Notes under the pieces: model-generated
Database searches by the model: none
Told to the model about the DNA's origin: nothing
Seen by the model: only the letters and a program-made list of their open reading frames with translations
In this document: positions 7,640 through 17,021 of the stretch, piece after piece
Layout: the number at the start of each line of letters is the position of its first letter
Position numbering within the stretch: the stretch's first letter is position 1
Source of the DNA: an uncultured Gemmatimonadales bacterium
GTDB lineage: Bacteria > Gemmatimonadota > Gemmatimonadetes > Gemmatimonadales > GWC2-71-9
Assembly: GCA_963730185.1 (NCBI GenBank)
Contig: CAVSQW010000007.1
Span: forward strand, 352,001 to 416,000
Length of the DNA: 64,000 nt
Direction: 5' to 3'
Position numbers and translations under genes: made by a program

Positions 7640-9964
7640 TCACATCCGAATCACATAACTCACCTTTCCGAAAAACCCATCCACCGTCCGGTCCAGGCTG
7701 CTGAACCGGAATTGCCTTGGCTCGGTCAGGGAGGCGCCGTACCCCAGATAGAACAGCGTGCCTGGCGTGGGGCGGTAGCTGAAGAGCCAGTCGACCCGAA
7801 AATCGTTGGTCACGCTGCCGGTGTCGAGGACGCCGTCGATCAGGATCGGGTTGCCGTGTCGGTCGACCAGGGCGGTCCGCTCGCGGGCGGTGTACTGCCC
7901 GATGAAGCGAACGAAGAGGGCGCGGTTGAGCTGGTACTCGACCTTGAGTCGGGGGATGGTTTCGTTGGAAAAGCGCGAGCCGTCGCGACGGCGGGTGAGG
8001 GTGAGCCGGGAGAGCTGAAAGGTGCTCCGGAGCGCCGCCGTGGGGCGGAGATCGAGGGTCGCATCGACTCGCAAGCTCTGGCCCGGGGCCGCCTCGGCGA
8101 AGATCGGGGTCTGACCGAGGGCGACGCTGGCCGACATGGTGAACTGCCGGAAGGTCGGGGTCGTAACCCGGAGCGAGCCGGACCACTGGCTGGCCTCGCC
8201 GGTGGGCACGGCAAAGGGGAGGGTGCCGCCTCCCGGTGCCTGGATCGTCAGGTCGCCGTACGTGGCCGGGTCGTAGCTGTAGAAGTTCCGGCTCACGTTG
8301 CCGCCCACCTGCCAGCCGCCGCGGAGGGTGGCGGAGGGCGAGATCGACTCGTTGCCCTCGATGGCGCCGTCGCCCACGTGAGAGTAGTCGAAGAGCCGGG
8401 TCACCCCGATGAAGGTGCTGTAGGTCTGGACCAGGGCCCCCTGGCTGCCGTAGCCGCTGAACCGGTTGTAGGCGGTCGCGTTGACGATGCCGGTCCGGTT
8501 CACGAAGCCGGCGGCGGCCCGGAAGTCGGGCGCGACCGCCTCGAGGTTGTAGTGGAAGCCCCAGCTCCGGCCGGTCCGGTCCCAGACGGCCTGGAGGAGC
8601 GGGCCGCTGGTGCCGGTGCCGGCGCTGTCGGTCCATGACTGGACCGCCTGGAGCTCGACGAAGTAGAGCCGGGAGTGGTAGAGCCGGAGGTCCGCGCCGG
8701 CGAGCCGGGAGTAGTCGGCGCCGTCCTCCCGCGAGGTGAGCACGGCGCCGAGGGTGGAGTTCCGGCCCAGGTCGCCGCGGAGGCGGGCGATCCCGAAGAC
8801 GGGCGAGTGGCTACCGTTCCAGGACTGTTGCTGCTGGTCGGCGGCGGCCAGGACCCCCACGTTCACCCGGCCGACCTTGCCGGCCAGCTTGAGGCCGCCG
8901 TCGGGAGCCACGATCCGGCGGGTGTAGATCAGCTGGTTCGGGGTGTCGAAGGCTTCGAGGCCATCGAGGAAGAAGGGCCGCTTCTCGGGGTAGAAGAGGG
9001 CGAAGCGCTCGTTCAGCTGGACTTGGCCGACGTCGGCCTCGACCTGGGAGAAGTCGGGGTTGACGGTCCCGTTCATCACCAGGTTCTGGCTGATGCCCCA
9101 GCGGACGTCGCCGCCCAGGTCGCCCCCGCTCTGGTAGTCCCAGCCTCGCGCGCCGGGGGCGCCGTCGAGCCGGCCCGTCGCGGTGGGCGTGACCTCGAGC
9201 ACCAGCCCGCGCTTGAGGTCGGTCAGCCCCTCCAGCCGGCCCGATTGCCCCAGGAAGCTCGCGTTGGCCCGGACCGCCGGGGCCCAGGAGTCCTGGAAGC
9301 CGGAGTGTTGAATCCGGCGGAGCACGTTGATGCCCCAGGTCTGGGTCCGGCCCTCGCCATAGCGGAGGCTCTTGAAGGGGATCCGGATCTCGATCTGGTA
9401 GCCGTCGGGAGTGAGCCGGCCCTTGGATTCGAAGACGAAGTCGGGATTGAGGTCGACGGTGCCCTCGAGGGGGTTGATGTTGGCGGTACCGCCGCCGGTA
9501 GCCGAGCGGCCCCCGGCGCCGCCGCCGAACTGGTCGCTCCGGGTGCCGTCCTGCTGGACCCCGAGGGGGTTCACGCCGAAGAGGAAGGCGAGGCGGTGAT
9601 CGTTGTAGGTGTCGAGCAGGATCTGGATCTGGTCTTCGCTGCCGATGTTGTCGCGATTGGCGCGGGTGGCCCGGACCACGTTGCCGTGGAGCTCTCGGGC
9701 CCGGACCCCGAAGTAGATCGCGTCGGGGGCATACCAGACCAGGACCTCCGTCGGTTCCTCGGCGGGACGTCCGTCGACGGGCTGATATTGGGAGAAGCCG
9801 ACCAGGCGGGCCGCGTGGGCCCACGCCGGCTCGTCCAGGACGCCGTCGATCGTGACGGTGGCCTCGATCCGGGGGACGGTGACGTCGAGCTGGTGGGCTC
9901 GACCACTATAGCTGGGCGCCGTGTCCTGGGCGGCGACGATCGCGAGCAAAGCGAGGCTGATCAT
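7640..9964 (-). CDS. DUF5916 / CBM9-like domain outer-membrane protein
   Basis: Signal peptide, IDGVLDEPAW (CBM9/DOMON-like), TVNPDFSQVEAD, FYPEKRPFFL motifs, barrel-type C-terminus. Confidence 0.88.
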   Translation of the reverse strand: MISLALLAIVAAQDTAPSYSGRAHQLDVTVPRIEATVTIDGVLDEPAWAHAARLVGFSQYQPVDGRPAEEPTEVLVWYAPDAIYFGVRARELHGNVVRATRANRDNIGSEDQIQILLDTYNDHRLAFLFGVNPLGVQQDGTRSDQFGGGAGGRSATGGGTANINPLEGTVDLNPDFVFESKGRLTPDGYQIEIRIPFKSLRYGEGRTQTWGINVLRRIQHSGFQDSWAPAVRANASFLGQSGRLEGLTDLKRGLVLEVTPTATGRLDGAPGARGWDYQSGGDLGGDVRWGISQNLVMNGTVNPDFSQVEADVGQVQLNERFALFYPEKRPFFLDGLEAFDTPNQLIYTRRIVAPDGGLKLAGKVGRVNVGVLAAADQQQQSWNGSHSPVFGIARLRGDLGRNSTLGAVLTSREDGADYSRLAGADLRLYHSRLYFVELQAVQSWTDSAGTGTSGPLLQAVWDRTGRSWGFHYNLEAVAPDFRAAAGFVNRTGIVNATAYNRFSGYGSQGALVQTYSTFIGVTRLFDYSHVGDGAIEGNESISPSATLRGGWQVGGNVSRNFYSYDPATYGDLTIQAPGGGTLPFAVPTGEASQWSGSLRVTTPTFRQFTMSASVALGQTPIFAEAAPGQSLRVDATLDLRPTAALRSTFQLSRLTLTRRRDGSRFSNETIPRLKVEYQLNRALFVRFIGQYTARERTALVDRHGNPILIDGVLDTGSVTNDFRVDWLFSYRPTPGTLFYLGYGASLTEPRQFRFSSLDRTVDGFFGKVSYVIRM

Positions 9965-9982
9965 GGGGCGGGAATCTAAATA

Positions 9983-10052
9983 TAGTGGCTGGTGATTGGT
10001 GACTCGTGAATAGGGAGGGAGTGGTGAGTGGGGGGGCGTCGGTGGTGGGTGA
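9983..10052. repeat. Degenerate purine-rich short-period repeats in divergent promoter region
   Basis: TAGTGGC TGGTGAT TGGTGAC TCGTGAA TAGGGAG... units, similar to those at 2062-2236. Confidence 0.55.
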
Positions 10053-10101
10053 AAAGCGGCCGGCTGGTTTGCGGGGGGGCGGAGCCGGGGTAGCTTGGGG
10101 G

Positions 10102-10992
10102 ATGTCCTCCGTCGAGCGGTCGTCCGGCGCGGTTCGCAGTGAGGCCCATCCCAAGCCTCGGGACGAGGATCTCGACTTTTTCGGGATGACCCACCAGGGG
10201 TTGGTCCGGAAGGACAATCAGGACCACTTCCTGTTCTGCACCCTTCACAAGACCATGCGGGTCGGCGGAACCAGCCTGCCGAACGCCGAGCTGTTGGAGC
10301 TTCCGAGCCAGCGGCTGGCATCGCTCGGGATGGTGGCTGACGGGGTCGGGGGGCGGGCCGGAGGCGAGACGGCGAGCCGGACGGCGGTCGAGACGATCGC
10401 GAGCTACATGACCCACACGGTCGAGTCGTTCTACGCCGGCAACACTCGTGACGAGCAGGCGTTCCTGGCGTCGCTGGAGGGCGCGGCCCGCCGGGGCCAC
10501 GACGCGGTGGTGGTCCGGGCCGAAGAGAGCGGAGACGAGCGCGGCGTGGCGACGACCTTCACGATGATGATCGCGATGTGGCCCGCGCTCTACCTCCTGC
10601 ACGTGGGCGACAGTCGGTGCTACCGGTATCGCGGTGATGCGGTGAAGCAGCTCACCAAGGACCAGACCATGGCCCAGGATCTGGTCGATTCGGGGGTGCT
10701 GCCGGCGGAGCGGGCGGCCGAGAGCCGGTTCGCGCACGTGTTGTCCAGCTCGCTCGGGGGCCGGGCCACCCGGCCCGAGGTCTCCAAGGCCGATCTCCAG
10801 CCAGGCGACGTGATTCTCCTCTGCAGCGACGGGCTCACCAAACACGTCTCGGACGAGCGGATCACCGAACGGCTCCGCGCCCTGACGTCGTCGGAGCAGG
10901 CGTGCCGGGCGCTGGTGCAGGACGCGCTGGACGACGGCGGGAGCGACAACGTGACGGCCGTGGTGCTCCGGGCGATCGTTCGCCCGTCGTAG
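10102..10992 (+). CDS. PP2C/PPM-family Ser/Thr phosphatase
   Basis: RKDNQD, VADGVGG, HVGDSRCY, LLCSDGL, GGSDNVT motifs. Confidence 0.93.
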   Translation: MSSVERSSGAVRSEAHPKPRDEDLDFFGMTHQGLVRKDNQDHFLFCTLHKTMRVGGTSLPNAELLELPSQRLASLGMVADGVGGRAGGETASRTAVETIASYMTHTVESFYAGNTRDEQAFLASLEGAARRGHDAVVVRAEESGDERGVATTFTMMIAMWPALYLLHVGDSRCYRYRGDAVKQLTKDQTMAQDLVDSGVLPAERAAESRFAHVLSSSLGGRATRPEVSKADLQPGDVILLCSDGLTKHVSDERITERLRALTSSEQACRALVQDALDDGGSDNVTAVVLRAIVRPS

Positions 10993-11045
10993 GCCGAGTC
11001 CGCCCCTCCCCCCTTATGTTCCGGAGCGAACCCACTCCGGATCCC

Positions 11046-13151
11046 ATGGCGCCACTCGATTCCATTCTTCGTCCGTCGTCGATCGCGGTGATTGGCGCGT
11101 CCCGCACCCCCCACACCATCGGGCACGAGATCGTGGCCGCGCTCCTCAAGGGCGGCTTCACGGGGCCGGTGTACCCGGTCAACCCCAAGGCGCGGTCGAT
11201 CTGCGCGGTTCCGGCGTTCCCGGATCTCCGATCGGTGCCGGGGCCGGTGGAGCAGGCGATCGTGGTGGTGCCGGCCCCGCTGGTGCGTGGGGTGGTGGAG
11301 GAGTGCGTCGAGCTGGGGGTGCAGGGGCTGGTGGTGATCAGCGCGGGCTTCCGCGAGATCGGCCCCGACGGCGCCGCCGCCGAAAAGGCGCTGGTGGACT
11401 ACGTCCGGGCGCGCGGGGTCCGGATGGTGGGGCCCAATTGCATGGGCGTGCTCAACGCCGATCCCGCGGTGGCCATGAACGGCACCTTCTATCCCAACCT
11501 GCCACCGTTCGGGCGGGCGGCGTTCGTGTCGCAGTCGGGAGCGTTGGGCCTGAGCGTGCTGGATTATGCCCGCGAGTACGGCATCGGGATCGCGCAGTTC
11601 GTCTCGGTCGGCAACAAGGCCGACGTGAGCGGGAACGACCTGCTGGAGGCGTGGGAGGCGGACCCGGGGATCGACGTGATCCTGATGTACGTCGAGAGCT
11701 TCGGTAACCCGCGGAAGTTCCTGGAGTTGGCCGCCCGGATCTCCAAGACCAAGCCGATCATCGCGGTCAAGTCGGGGCGCTCGCGGGCGGGGGCCCAGGC
11801 GGCGTCGTCACACACCGGCGCCTTGGCGGCGAGTGATGTGGTGGTGGGCGCGATGCTGACCCAGGCTGGGGTGCTCCGGGCCGACTCGGTGGAGGAGCTC
11901 TTCGATTTCGCGATGGCGTTCTCGGGACAGCCGCTCCCCAAGTCGCGGCGGACGGCCGTGGTGACCAACGCGGGGGGCCCCGGGATCCTGGCGGCCGACG
12001 CGCTCGACGCCAAGGGGCTCGAGGTCGCGCCGCTGTCGCCCGAGACGGTGGAGCGCCTCAAGCCCCTTTTCCCGAGCTATGCGTCGATCCGGAACCCGCT
12101 CGACATGATCGCCTCGGCGACGCCGGCGGGTTACCGTTCCGCACTCACCTCACTCCTCGCCGACCCGGTCATGGACTCCGTGGTGGCGATCTTCGTCCCG
12201 CCCCTGGGGGTGAGTCAGGTGGACGTGAGCGAGGCGATCGCCGAAGCCGCGATTGCGCACCGGGGCAAGCCGGTGCTGGCGGTGCTGATGGGCCACGAGG
12301 GGTTGCCGGCGGGCAAGGCGGGGCTCCATCACGCCGGCATCCCGGCCTACGTCTTCCCCGAGTCCGCGGCCCGGGCCCTGTCGGCCCTCTGGCGGCAGGC
12401 CGAATACCAGAGCCGGCCGCTCGAGCCGGCGGAACGGTTGCCGATCGACCGCGACCGGGTGGCGCGGGCTCTCCGCGGGGGCGGGGGGAACGGAGTCCGG
12501 AAACTTCCGGAGCTGGAAGCGCTCGAGGTGCTGGCCGCGGCCGGGATCCCGACCGCGGAGGCCCGCCTGGTCCGGTCGGCGACCGAGGCTCGCGATGCGG
12601 CGGAGGCCATCGGTCTTCCGGTGGCGCTCAAGGTGGTGGCGCCGACGATCGTGCACAAATCGGACGCCGGGGGCGTGTCGCTCGGGCTCGAGACCGCCGA
12701 CCAGGTCGCTGAGGAATACGAGCAACTCCTGGTCCGGGTGGCGGGGGCGGAACCCGACGCCGTGGTGAGCGGGGTGCTGGTGGAGCGGATGCTGGCGCCG
12801 GGCCGCGAGGCGATCGTGGGCGCCACGAGGGATCCGAGCTTCGGGCCGGTGGTGATGGTGGGGTTGGGCGGAATCTACGTCGAGGCGTTCCGCGACGTGG
12901 CCTTCCGGCTTCCACCGCTGGCCCGGGCCGAGGTGCGGCGGATGATCCGCTCGCTCCGGGGGGTGCCGCTCCTGGACGGGATTCGGGGGATGCCGGCGGT
13001 GGATTTCGGAGCGCTGGAGGACGCGGTGCTTCGGGTGGGGGAGCTGATGCTGGCGTTTCCCGAGATCACCGAGCTGGACGTGAACCCGCTGGTCCTCTAT
13101 CCGGACGGGGCCAGGGCCGCGGACGCTCGGGTGGTGCTGGGGCCGGCCTGA
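11046..13151 (+). CDS. Acyl-CoA synthetase (NDP-forming), fused alpha/beta; acetate-CoA ligase family
   Basis: CoA-binding IAVIGAS, GPNCMG, SQSG, GNKAD, phospho-His SHTGALA, ATP-grasp HKSDAGGV and ELDVNP; no GNAT domain. Confidence 0.92.
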   Translation: MAPLDSILRPSSIAVIGASRTPHTIGHEIVAALLKGGFTGPVYPVNPKARSICAVPAFPDLRSVPGPVEQAIVVVPAPLVRGVVEECVELGVQGLVVISAGFREIGPDGAAAEKALVDYVRARGVRMVGPNCMGVLNADPAVAMNGTFYPNLPPFGRAAFVSQSGALGLSVLDYAREYGIGIAQFVSVGNKADVSGNDLLEAWEADPGIDVILMYVESFGNPRKFLELAARISKTKPIIAVKSGRSRAGAQAASSHTGALAASDVVVGAMLTQAGVLRADSVEELFDFAMAFSGQPLPKSRRTAVVTNAGGPGILAADALDAKGLEVAPLSPETVERLKPLFPSYASIRNPLDMIASATPAGYRSALTSLLADPVMDSVVAIFVPPLGVSQVDVSEAIAEAAIAHRGKPVLAVLMGHEGLPAGKAGLHHAGIPAYVFPESAARALSALWRQAEYQSRPLEPAERLPIDRDRVARALRGGGGNGVRKLPELEALEVLAAAGIPTAEARLVRSATEARDAAEAIGLPVALKVVAPTIVHKSDAGGVSLGLETADQVAEEYEQLLVRVAGAEPDAVVSGVLVERMLAPGREAIVGATRDPSFGPVVMVGLGGIYVEAFRDVAFRLPPLARAEVRRMIRSLRGVPLLDGIRGMPAVDFGALEDAVLRVGELMLAFPEITELDVNPLVLYPDGARAADARVVLGPA

Positions 13152-13158
13152 CCGGCGG

Positions 13159-13527
13159 TCAGGGCTTCATGGCCGCGTCGACCGCCTCGCGGAGCTCGAG
13201 ATTGGAGAACGGCTTGGCGAGGATGCCGTTGGCGCCGAACTTCCGGGCCACGGTCAGGTACTCGTTGGCGTTGACCCGGCCGCCGCCCGAGATCGCGAGA
13301 ATCCGGACCTGGGGGTCGAGCTTCCGGAGCTCCTGAATCAGCTCCAACCCGTCGGTGTCCGGCATGATCAGGTCGGTTACCACCAGGCTCACCGCCTGGG
13401 TTCGGAACATCCGGAGCGCTTCGGCGCCACTCTCGGTGCTGGTGACGGAATGCCCCGCGCGCTCCAGCATCTGGTGGACCGTGCTCCGGCTCAGATCGTC
13501 GTCGTCGACCAGCAGGATCGTCGTCAT
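13159..13527 (-). CDS. Single-domain response regulator (receiver)
   Basis: LLVDDD, TDLIMPDTDG, ISG, KPF motifs. Confidence 0.92.
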   Translation of the reverse strand: MTTILLVDDDDLSRSTVHQMLERAGHSVTSTESGAEALRMFRTQAVSLVVTDLIMPDTDGLELIQELRKLDPQVRILAISGGGRVNANEYLTVARKFGANGILAKPFSNLELREAVDAAMKP

Positions 13528-13622
13528 AGCTCACTTACCGGGGGTTCGAGTAGCAATCTAGCGCCGGGCGGCGGCCCCGGTCCACCGTCTCCTCCAGTCT
13601 CGGACGGCTGGCGCCGATACTG

Positions 13623-14219
13623 ATGCCCATGCCCGAGGTCCGCACCTCCCTGCAATGGACGGTCATCGCCAGCCCTTTTCCCGGTCAGCGGGCGCCGTCC
13701 AGCCGCTGGGCCGTGTTCCAGGAGGGCGGCCGGATCGTGGCAGCCCTGCTGGATCCGTGCCGTCAGAGCCGAGAGGCGCTCGTCGTGGGACGCTCGGCCG
13801 GGCTGCTCTCTGCCCCGGGCATGGATCCCGTGGAGCGGTTCCACCGGCTACACCGGGCGCTGTCGGGAACCCAAGGTGCCTCGCTCGCGATCGTGGAGCT
13901 CGACGCCGACCGGTCTCGATTGGCGTTCTACGGGCTGGGGGCCATCCGGGCCCGGATCGACGCCGGTGGTGACTCGATCTGGCTGGAGAGCGCGCCGGGA
14001 CTCCTGGGGGTGGGCCGACCGGTCATCCCGGGCCGGGTCGATGCCTCCTGGCCGCCGGACGCCGCTCTGCTTCTGGTGAGCGACGGCGTGGTCGAGCGCT
14101 GGCCCCTCGACACCATTCCGCCCGCCGCGGCGATGCCGCCCGAGGCCTTCGCGGCCGAAGTGACCGCGTTGCTCGGACGCCTGCCGGATGACGGGGTGAT
14201 GCTGGTCCTCCGCGCCTAG
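13623..14219 (+). CDS. SpoIIE/RsbX-like phosphatase homologue, probably degenerate
   Basis: LSGTQGASLAI, PGLLG, LLLVSDGV and terminal DD motifs; N-terminal DGxGHG replaced by DPCRQS. Confidence 0.65.
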   Translation: MPMPEVRTSLQWTVIASPFPGQRAPSSRWAVFQEGGRIVAALLDPCRQSREALVVGRSAGLLSAPGMDPVERFHRLHRALSGTQGASLAIVELDADRSRLAFYGLGAIRARIDAGGDSIWLESAPGLLGVGRPVIPGRVDASWPPDAALLLVSDGVVERWPLDTIPPAAAMPPEAFAAEVTALLGRLPDDGVMLVLRA

Positions 14220-14251
14220 GAGCGCCTTCGGGGGCCGGGTACCATTCCGGT

Positions 14252-16342
14252 ATGCCCGAGCACGCGACCCTCTTCCTCCGCGATCTCGCCGTCGTGCTGA
14301 CGACCGCCGCCCTCGCGACGGTGGTGTTCCAGCGGCTCAAGCTTCCGGTGATCGCGGGCTATCTGGTGGCCGGCGTGCTGGTGGGCTCGAAGCTCGGCCC
14401 CCTCCTCATCAGCGATCCTGCCGAGATCCGAACCCTGGCCGAAGTCGGCGTGGTGCTGCTCATGGTGTCCGTGGGGCTCGAGCTCCGGGTCCGGCGGTTG
14501 GTGCGGCTCATCCCCCGGGTCGGCCTGGTGGCGCTGGTCGAGGTGGGGATCATGTTCTCGATCGGTCTGGCCACGGCGCGGGCGCTGGGTTGGGGCGCCC
14601 TGGACGGGCTCCTGGCCGCGGGGGTGGTCGCCATCTCGAGCACGATGGTGATCGCCAAGGTGTTCGAGGAGCGGCACGGGGATTGGCGGCTTCGCGACCT
14701 GGTGTTCGGCGTGCTGGTGATGGAAGACGTGGTGGCGATCGCGTTGATCGCCCTCTGCACCACGGTCGCCTTCGGGGCGCCCGTCACGGCCCGCTCCATC
14801 GCCGCCGTGCTCGGGCGGCTGGTCCTGCTGCTCGGCCTGATGGTCGGGATCGGCCTGGTGGTGGTGCCGCCCGTGGTCCGGGCCGTGGTACGGCGGCACC
14901 GGAGCGAGACGGTGCTGGTGACGACGGTAGGGCTCTCGTTCCTCGCGGCCGTGGTGACCCAGGCCGCCGGCTTCTCGGTGGCCCTCGGGGCCTTCGTGGC
15001 CGGTGTCCTGATGAGCGAGTCGGGCGTCGGGCACCAGGTCGGCGAGGTGATCCGGCCGGTGCGCGACCTGTTCGCCGCGGTCTTCTTCGTGGCGGTCGGG
15101 ATGCTGCTCGACGTGTCGGAGGCCGCCCGGGTGTGGCCGCTGGTCTTGCTCTTCACGACGGTGGTGATCGTCGGCAAGATCGTGGGCGTGAGCCTGGGAG
15201 CCTTTCTGAGCGGATTCGGGACCGCCACATCGGTGCGGGCCGGGATGAGCATGGCCCAGATCGGCGAGTTCTCGTTCATCATCGCCGGACTCGGCGCCAC
15301 CAGCGCCAACTCCTCGGCCCCGCTCTACCAGATCGCCGTGGCCACCGCCCTGCTGACCGCCCTGGCGGCGCCCCTTCTTTCGGGTCGGAGCGAGGCCGTG
15401 GCGCTCTGGGTGGACCGCCGCCTGCCCAAGCCGCTCCAGACGTTCACCTCGCTCTACGGCTCCTGGGTCGAGGCCCTGCGAGCCCGGCGCGATGCCGGGC
15501 GTCCGGGACCCCGGATCCGGCGCCGGGTGCTCTTTCTCTTGGCCGACGCGGCCGCGATCGCCGCCCTCCTGGTGGCCGCCAGCGAGTCCTGGCGCCGGGC
15601 GCCGGAGTGGCTCGAAGCCGTCGGCCTCCGGGTGCCCTTCGAGCGGTTCCTCGTCTCCGGCACCTTGCTGCTCCTGGCCCTCCCGTTCGGGTTCGGCCTC
15701 ACCCTCACGGTCCGCCGGCTGGCCCGGCTGCTCGCCGACTACGTGGTGCCGCCGGTCGTGCCCGGCAAGGTCGACCAGGGCCGGGTGCCCAGGCAGATGC
15801 TGGTGGTTACCCTGGAGATCGGCATCGTGCTGGCGCTGGCGCTCCCGGTAGTCGCCGCGACGCTGCCCTTCCTCCCGCCGTTCGGCGCCCCGGGCGTGGT
15901 GGCCGTGCTGCTCCTCCTCCTCGGCGCATCGTTCTGGCGCACGGCCCGCGAGCTCGATAGCCACGCGCGGGCGGGTGCGGAGCTGGTGGTGCACGCGCTG
16001 GCCCGTCAGGGCGAGGAGGCCGATGAAGAGGCGTTCGAGCAGGTGCGGAAGATGTTGCCCGGACTCGGCAACCTGACGCCACTCCGGGTGGACCCGGCGA
16101 GCGGGGCGGTCGGCCGGACGCTCGGCGAGCTCAACATCCGGGGCCTGACCGGTGCCACCGTCGTGGCCCTCTGCCGGGGTGACGAGCGCCGGGTGTTCCC
16201 ATCGGCCGGCGAACGGCTCGCGGCCGGCGACCTGATCGCCGTAACCGGAAGTCGGGAGGCGATCGGTCAGGCCGAAGACCTCGTTCGGGTCCGGGGTCCC
16301 GGCCCGCGACCCCCCGGCGACGTTCGCGCTCCATCCGACTGA
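14252..16342 (+). CDS. CPA2 cation:proton antiporter with C-terminal TrkA-C (RCK-C) domain
   Basis: GYLVAG, AISST, MED, FFVAVG, QIGEFSF motifs; C-terminal GRTLGELNIRGLTGATVVAL. Confidence 0.92.
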   Translation: MPEHATLFLRDLAVVLTTAALATVVFQRLKLPVIAGYLVAGVLVGSKLGPLLISDPAEIRTLAEVGVVLLMVSVGLELRVRRLVRLIPRVGLVALVEVGIMFSIGLATARALGWGALDGLLAAGVVAISSTMVIAKVFEERHGDWRLRDLVFGVLVMEDVVAIALIALCTTVAFGAPVTARSIAAVLGRLVLLLGLMVGIGLVVVPPVVRAVVRRHRSETVLVTTVGLSFLAAVVTQAAGFSVALGAFVAGVLMSESGVGHQVGEVIRPVRDLFAAVFFVAVGMLLDVSEAARVWPLVLLFTTVVIVGKIVGVSLGAFLSGFGTATSVRAGMSMAQIGEFSFIIAGLGATSANSSAPLYQIAVATALLTALAAPLLSGRSEAVALWVDRRLPKPLQTFTSLYGSWVEALRARRDAGRPGPRIRRRVLFLLADAAAIAALLVAASESWRRAPEWLEAVGLRVPFERFLVSGTLLLLALPFGFGLTLTVRRLARLLADYVVPPVVPGKVDQGRVPRQMLVVTLEIGIVLALALPVVAATLPFLPPFGAPGVVAVLLLLLGASFWRTARELDSHARAGAELVVHALARQGEEADEEAFEQVRKMLPGLGNLTPLRVDPASGAVGRTLGELNIRGLTGATVVALCRGDERRVFPSAGERLAAGDLIAVTGSREAIGQAEDLVRVRGPGPRPPGDVRAPSD

Positions 16343-16388
16343 ACCTCCTTCGGTCGACGCGGGCGACGGCCAGTCTCCTCGGCACCCT

Positions 16389-16440
16389 CAAAGCCATCCA
16401 GCGAACATCTCGGGCAAAGCCATCCAGCGAACGTCTCGGG
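16389..16440 (+). repeat. 26-bp tandem duplication
   Basis: CAAAGCCATCCAGCGAAC(A/G)TCTCGGG at 16389-16414 and 16415-16440, one mismatch. Confidence 0.9.
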
Positions 16441-16532
16441 TGACCGAAAGTGCGTCACAGTACGCCTTCGGATCTATAGTTGTCGTCCTTCCGGCCGACA
16501 CTTAGAACCATCCCAAAGGACCTGGACTTTCC

Positions 16533-16970
16533 ATGGCCGAGGTGGACGCGAATGGGGCCGGGGGCGAGAGTCGGCGGGCACCTCGCATCGCGGTAGTGGA
16601 TGACGATCCGGCCGTGAGGCGGCTCCTCACCTTCCTCTGCGAGCGACGTCTGGGGGCGGAGGTGTCGACGGCCGCCGACGCCGACGAGGCGATCGCCCTG
16701 CTCGGTCAGGGCAAGCCGGACTTGGTGCTGCTTGACTATTCCATGCCCGGCATGGACGGGCTGGGCCTGCTCCGCCGGCTCCGCGAAGACGAGGCGTTGC
16801 GCGATCTCGCAGTGGTGGCCGTCTCCGGCTCGGGCAGCCGCGACACCGTGGTCGACATGGTGGACTTGGGGGTGCTCGACTACATCCTCAAGCCGGTGAG
16901 TCCCGATACCGCCCAGCGCCGTCTGACTCGGGTGCTCCGGGAGCTGGGATTCGAGTTGCCGCCCGGGTGA
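16533..16970 (+). CDS. Single-domain response regulator (receiver)
   Basis: VVDDD, LLDYSMPGMDG, VSG, YILKP motifs. Confidence 0.9.
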   Translation: MAEVDANGAGGESRRAPRIAVVDDDPAVRRLLTFLCERRLGAEVSTAADADEAIALLGQGKPDLVLLDYSMPGMDGLGLLRRLREDEALRDLAVVAVSGSGSRDTVVDMVDLGVLDYILKPVSPDTAQRRLTRVLRELGFELPPG

Positions 16971-17021
16971 CCTGAGCCGGTCCTCGGTGACGGGGCTGGT
17001 CTCCATCGACATATTCCGGAC

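Noticed and set aside
16389..16440. Mini CRISPR array
   Set aside because: Two adjacent copies with no spacer, and no cas genes in the window
16405..16475. Possible c-di-GMP-I riboswitch (GGGCAAAGCC...GAAA)
   Set aside because: Order and pairing of the P2/P3 elements do not fit; better explained by the 26-bp duplication. An Infernal/Rfam scan would settle it
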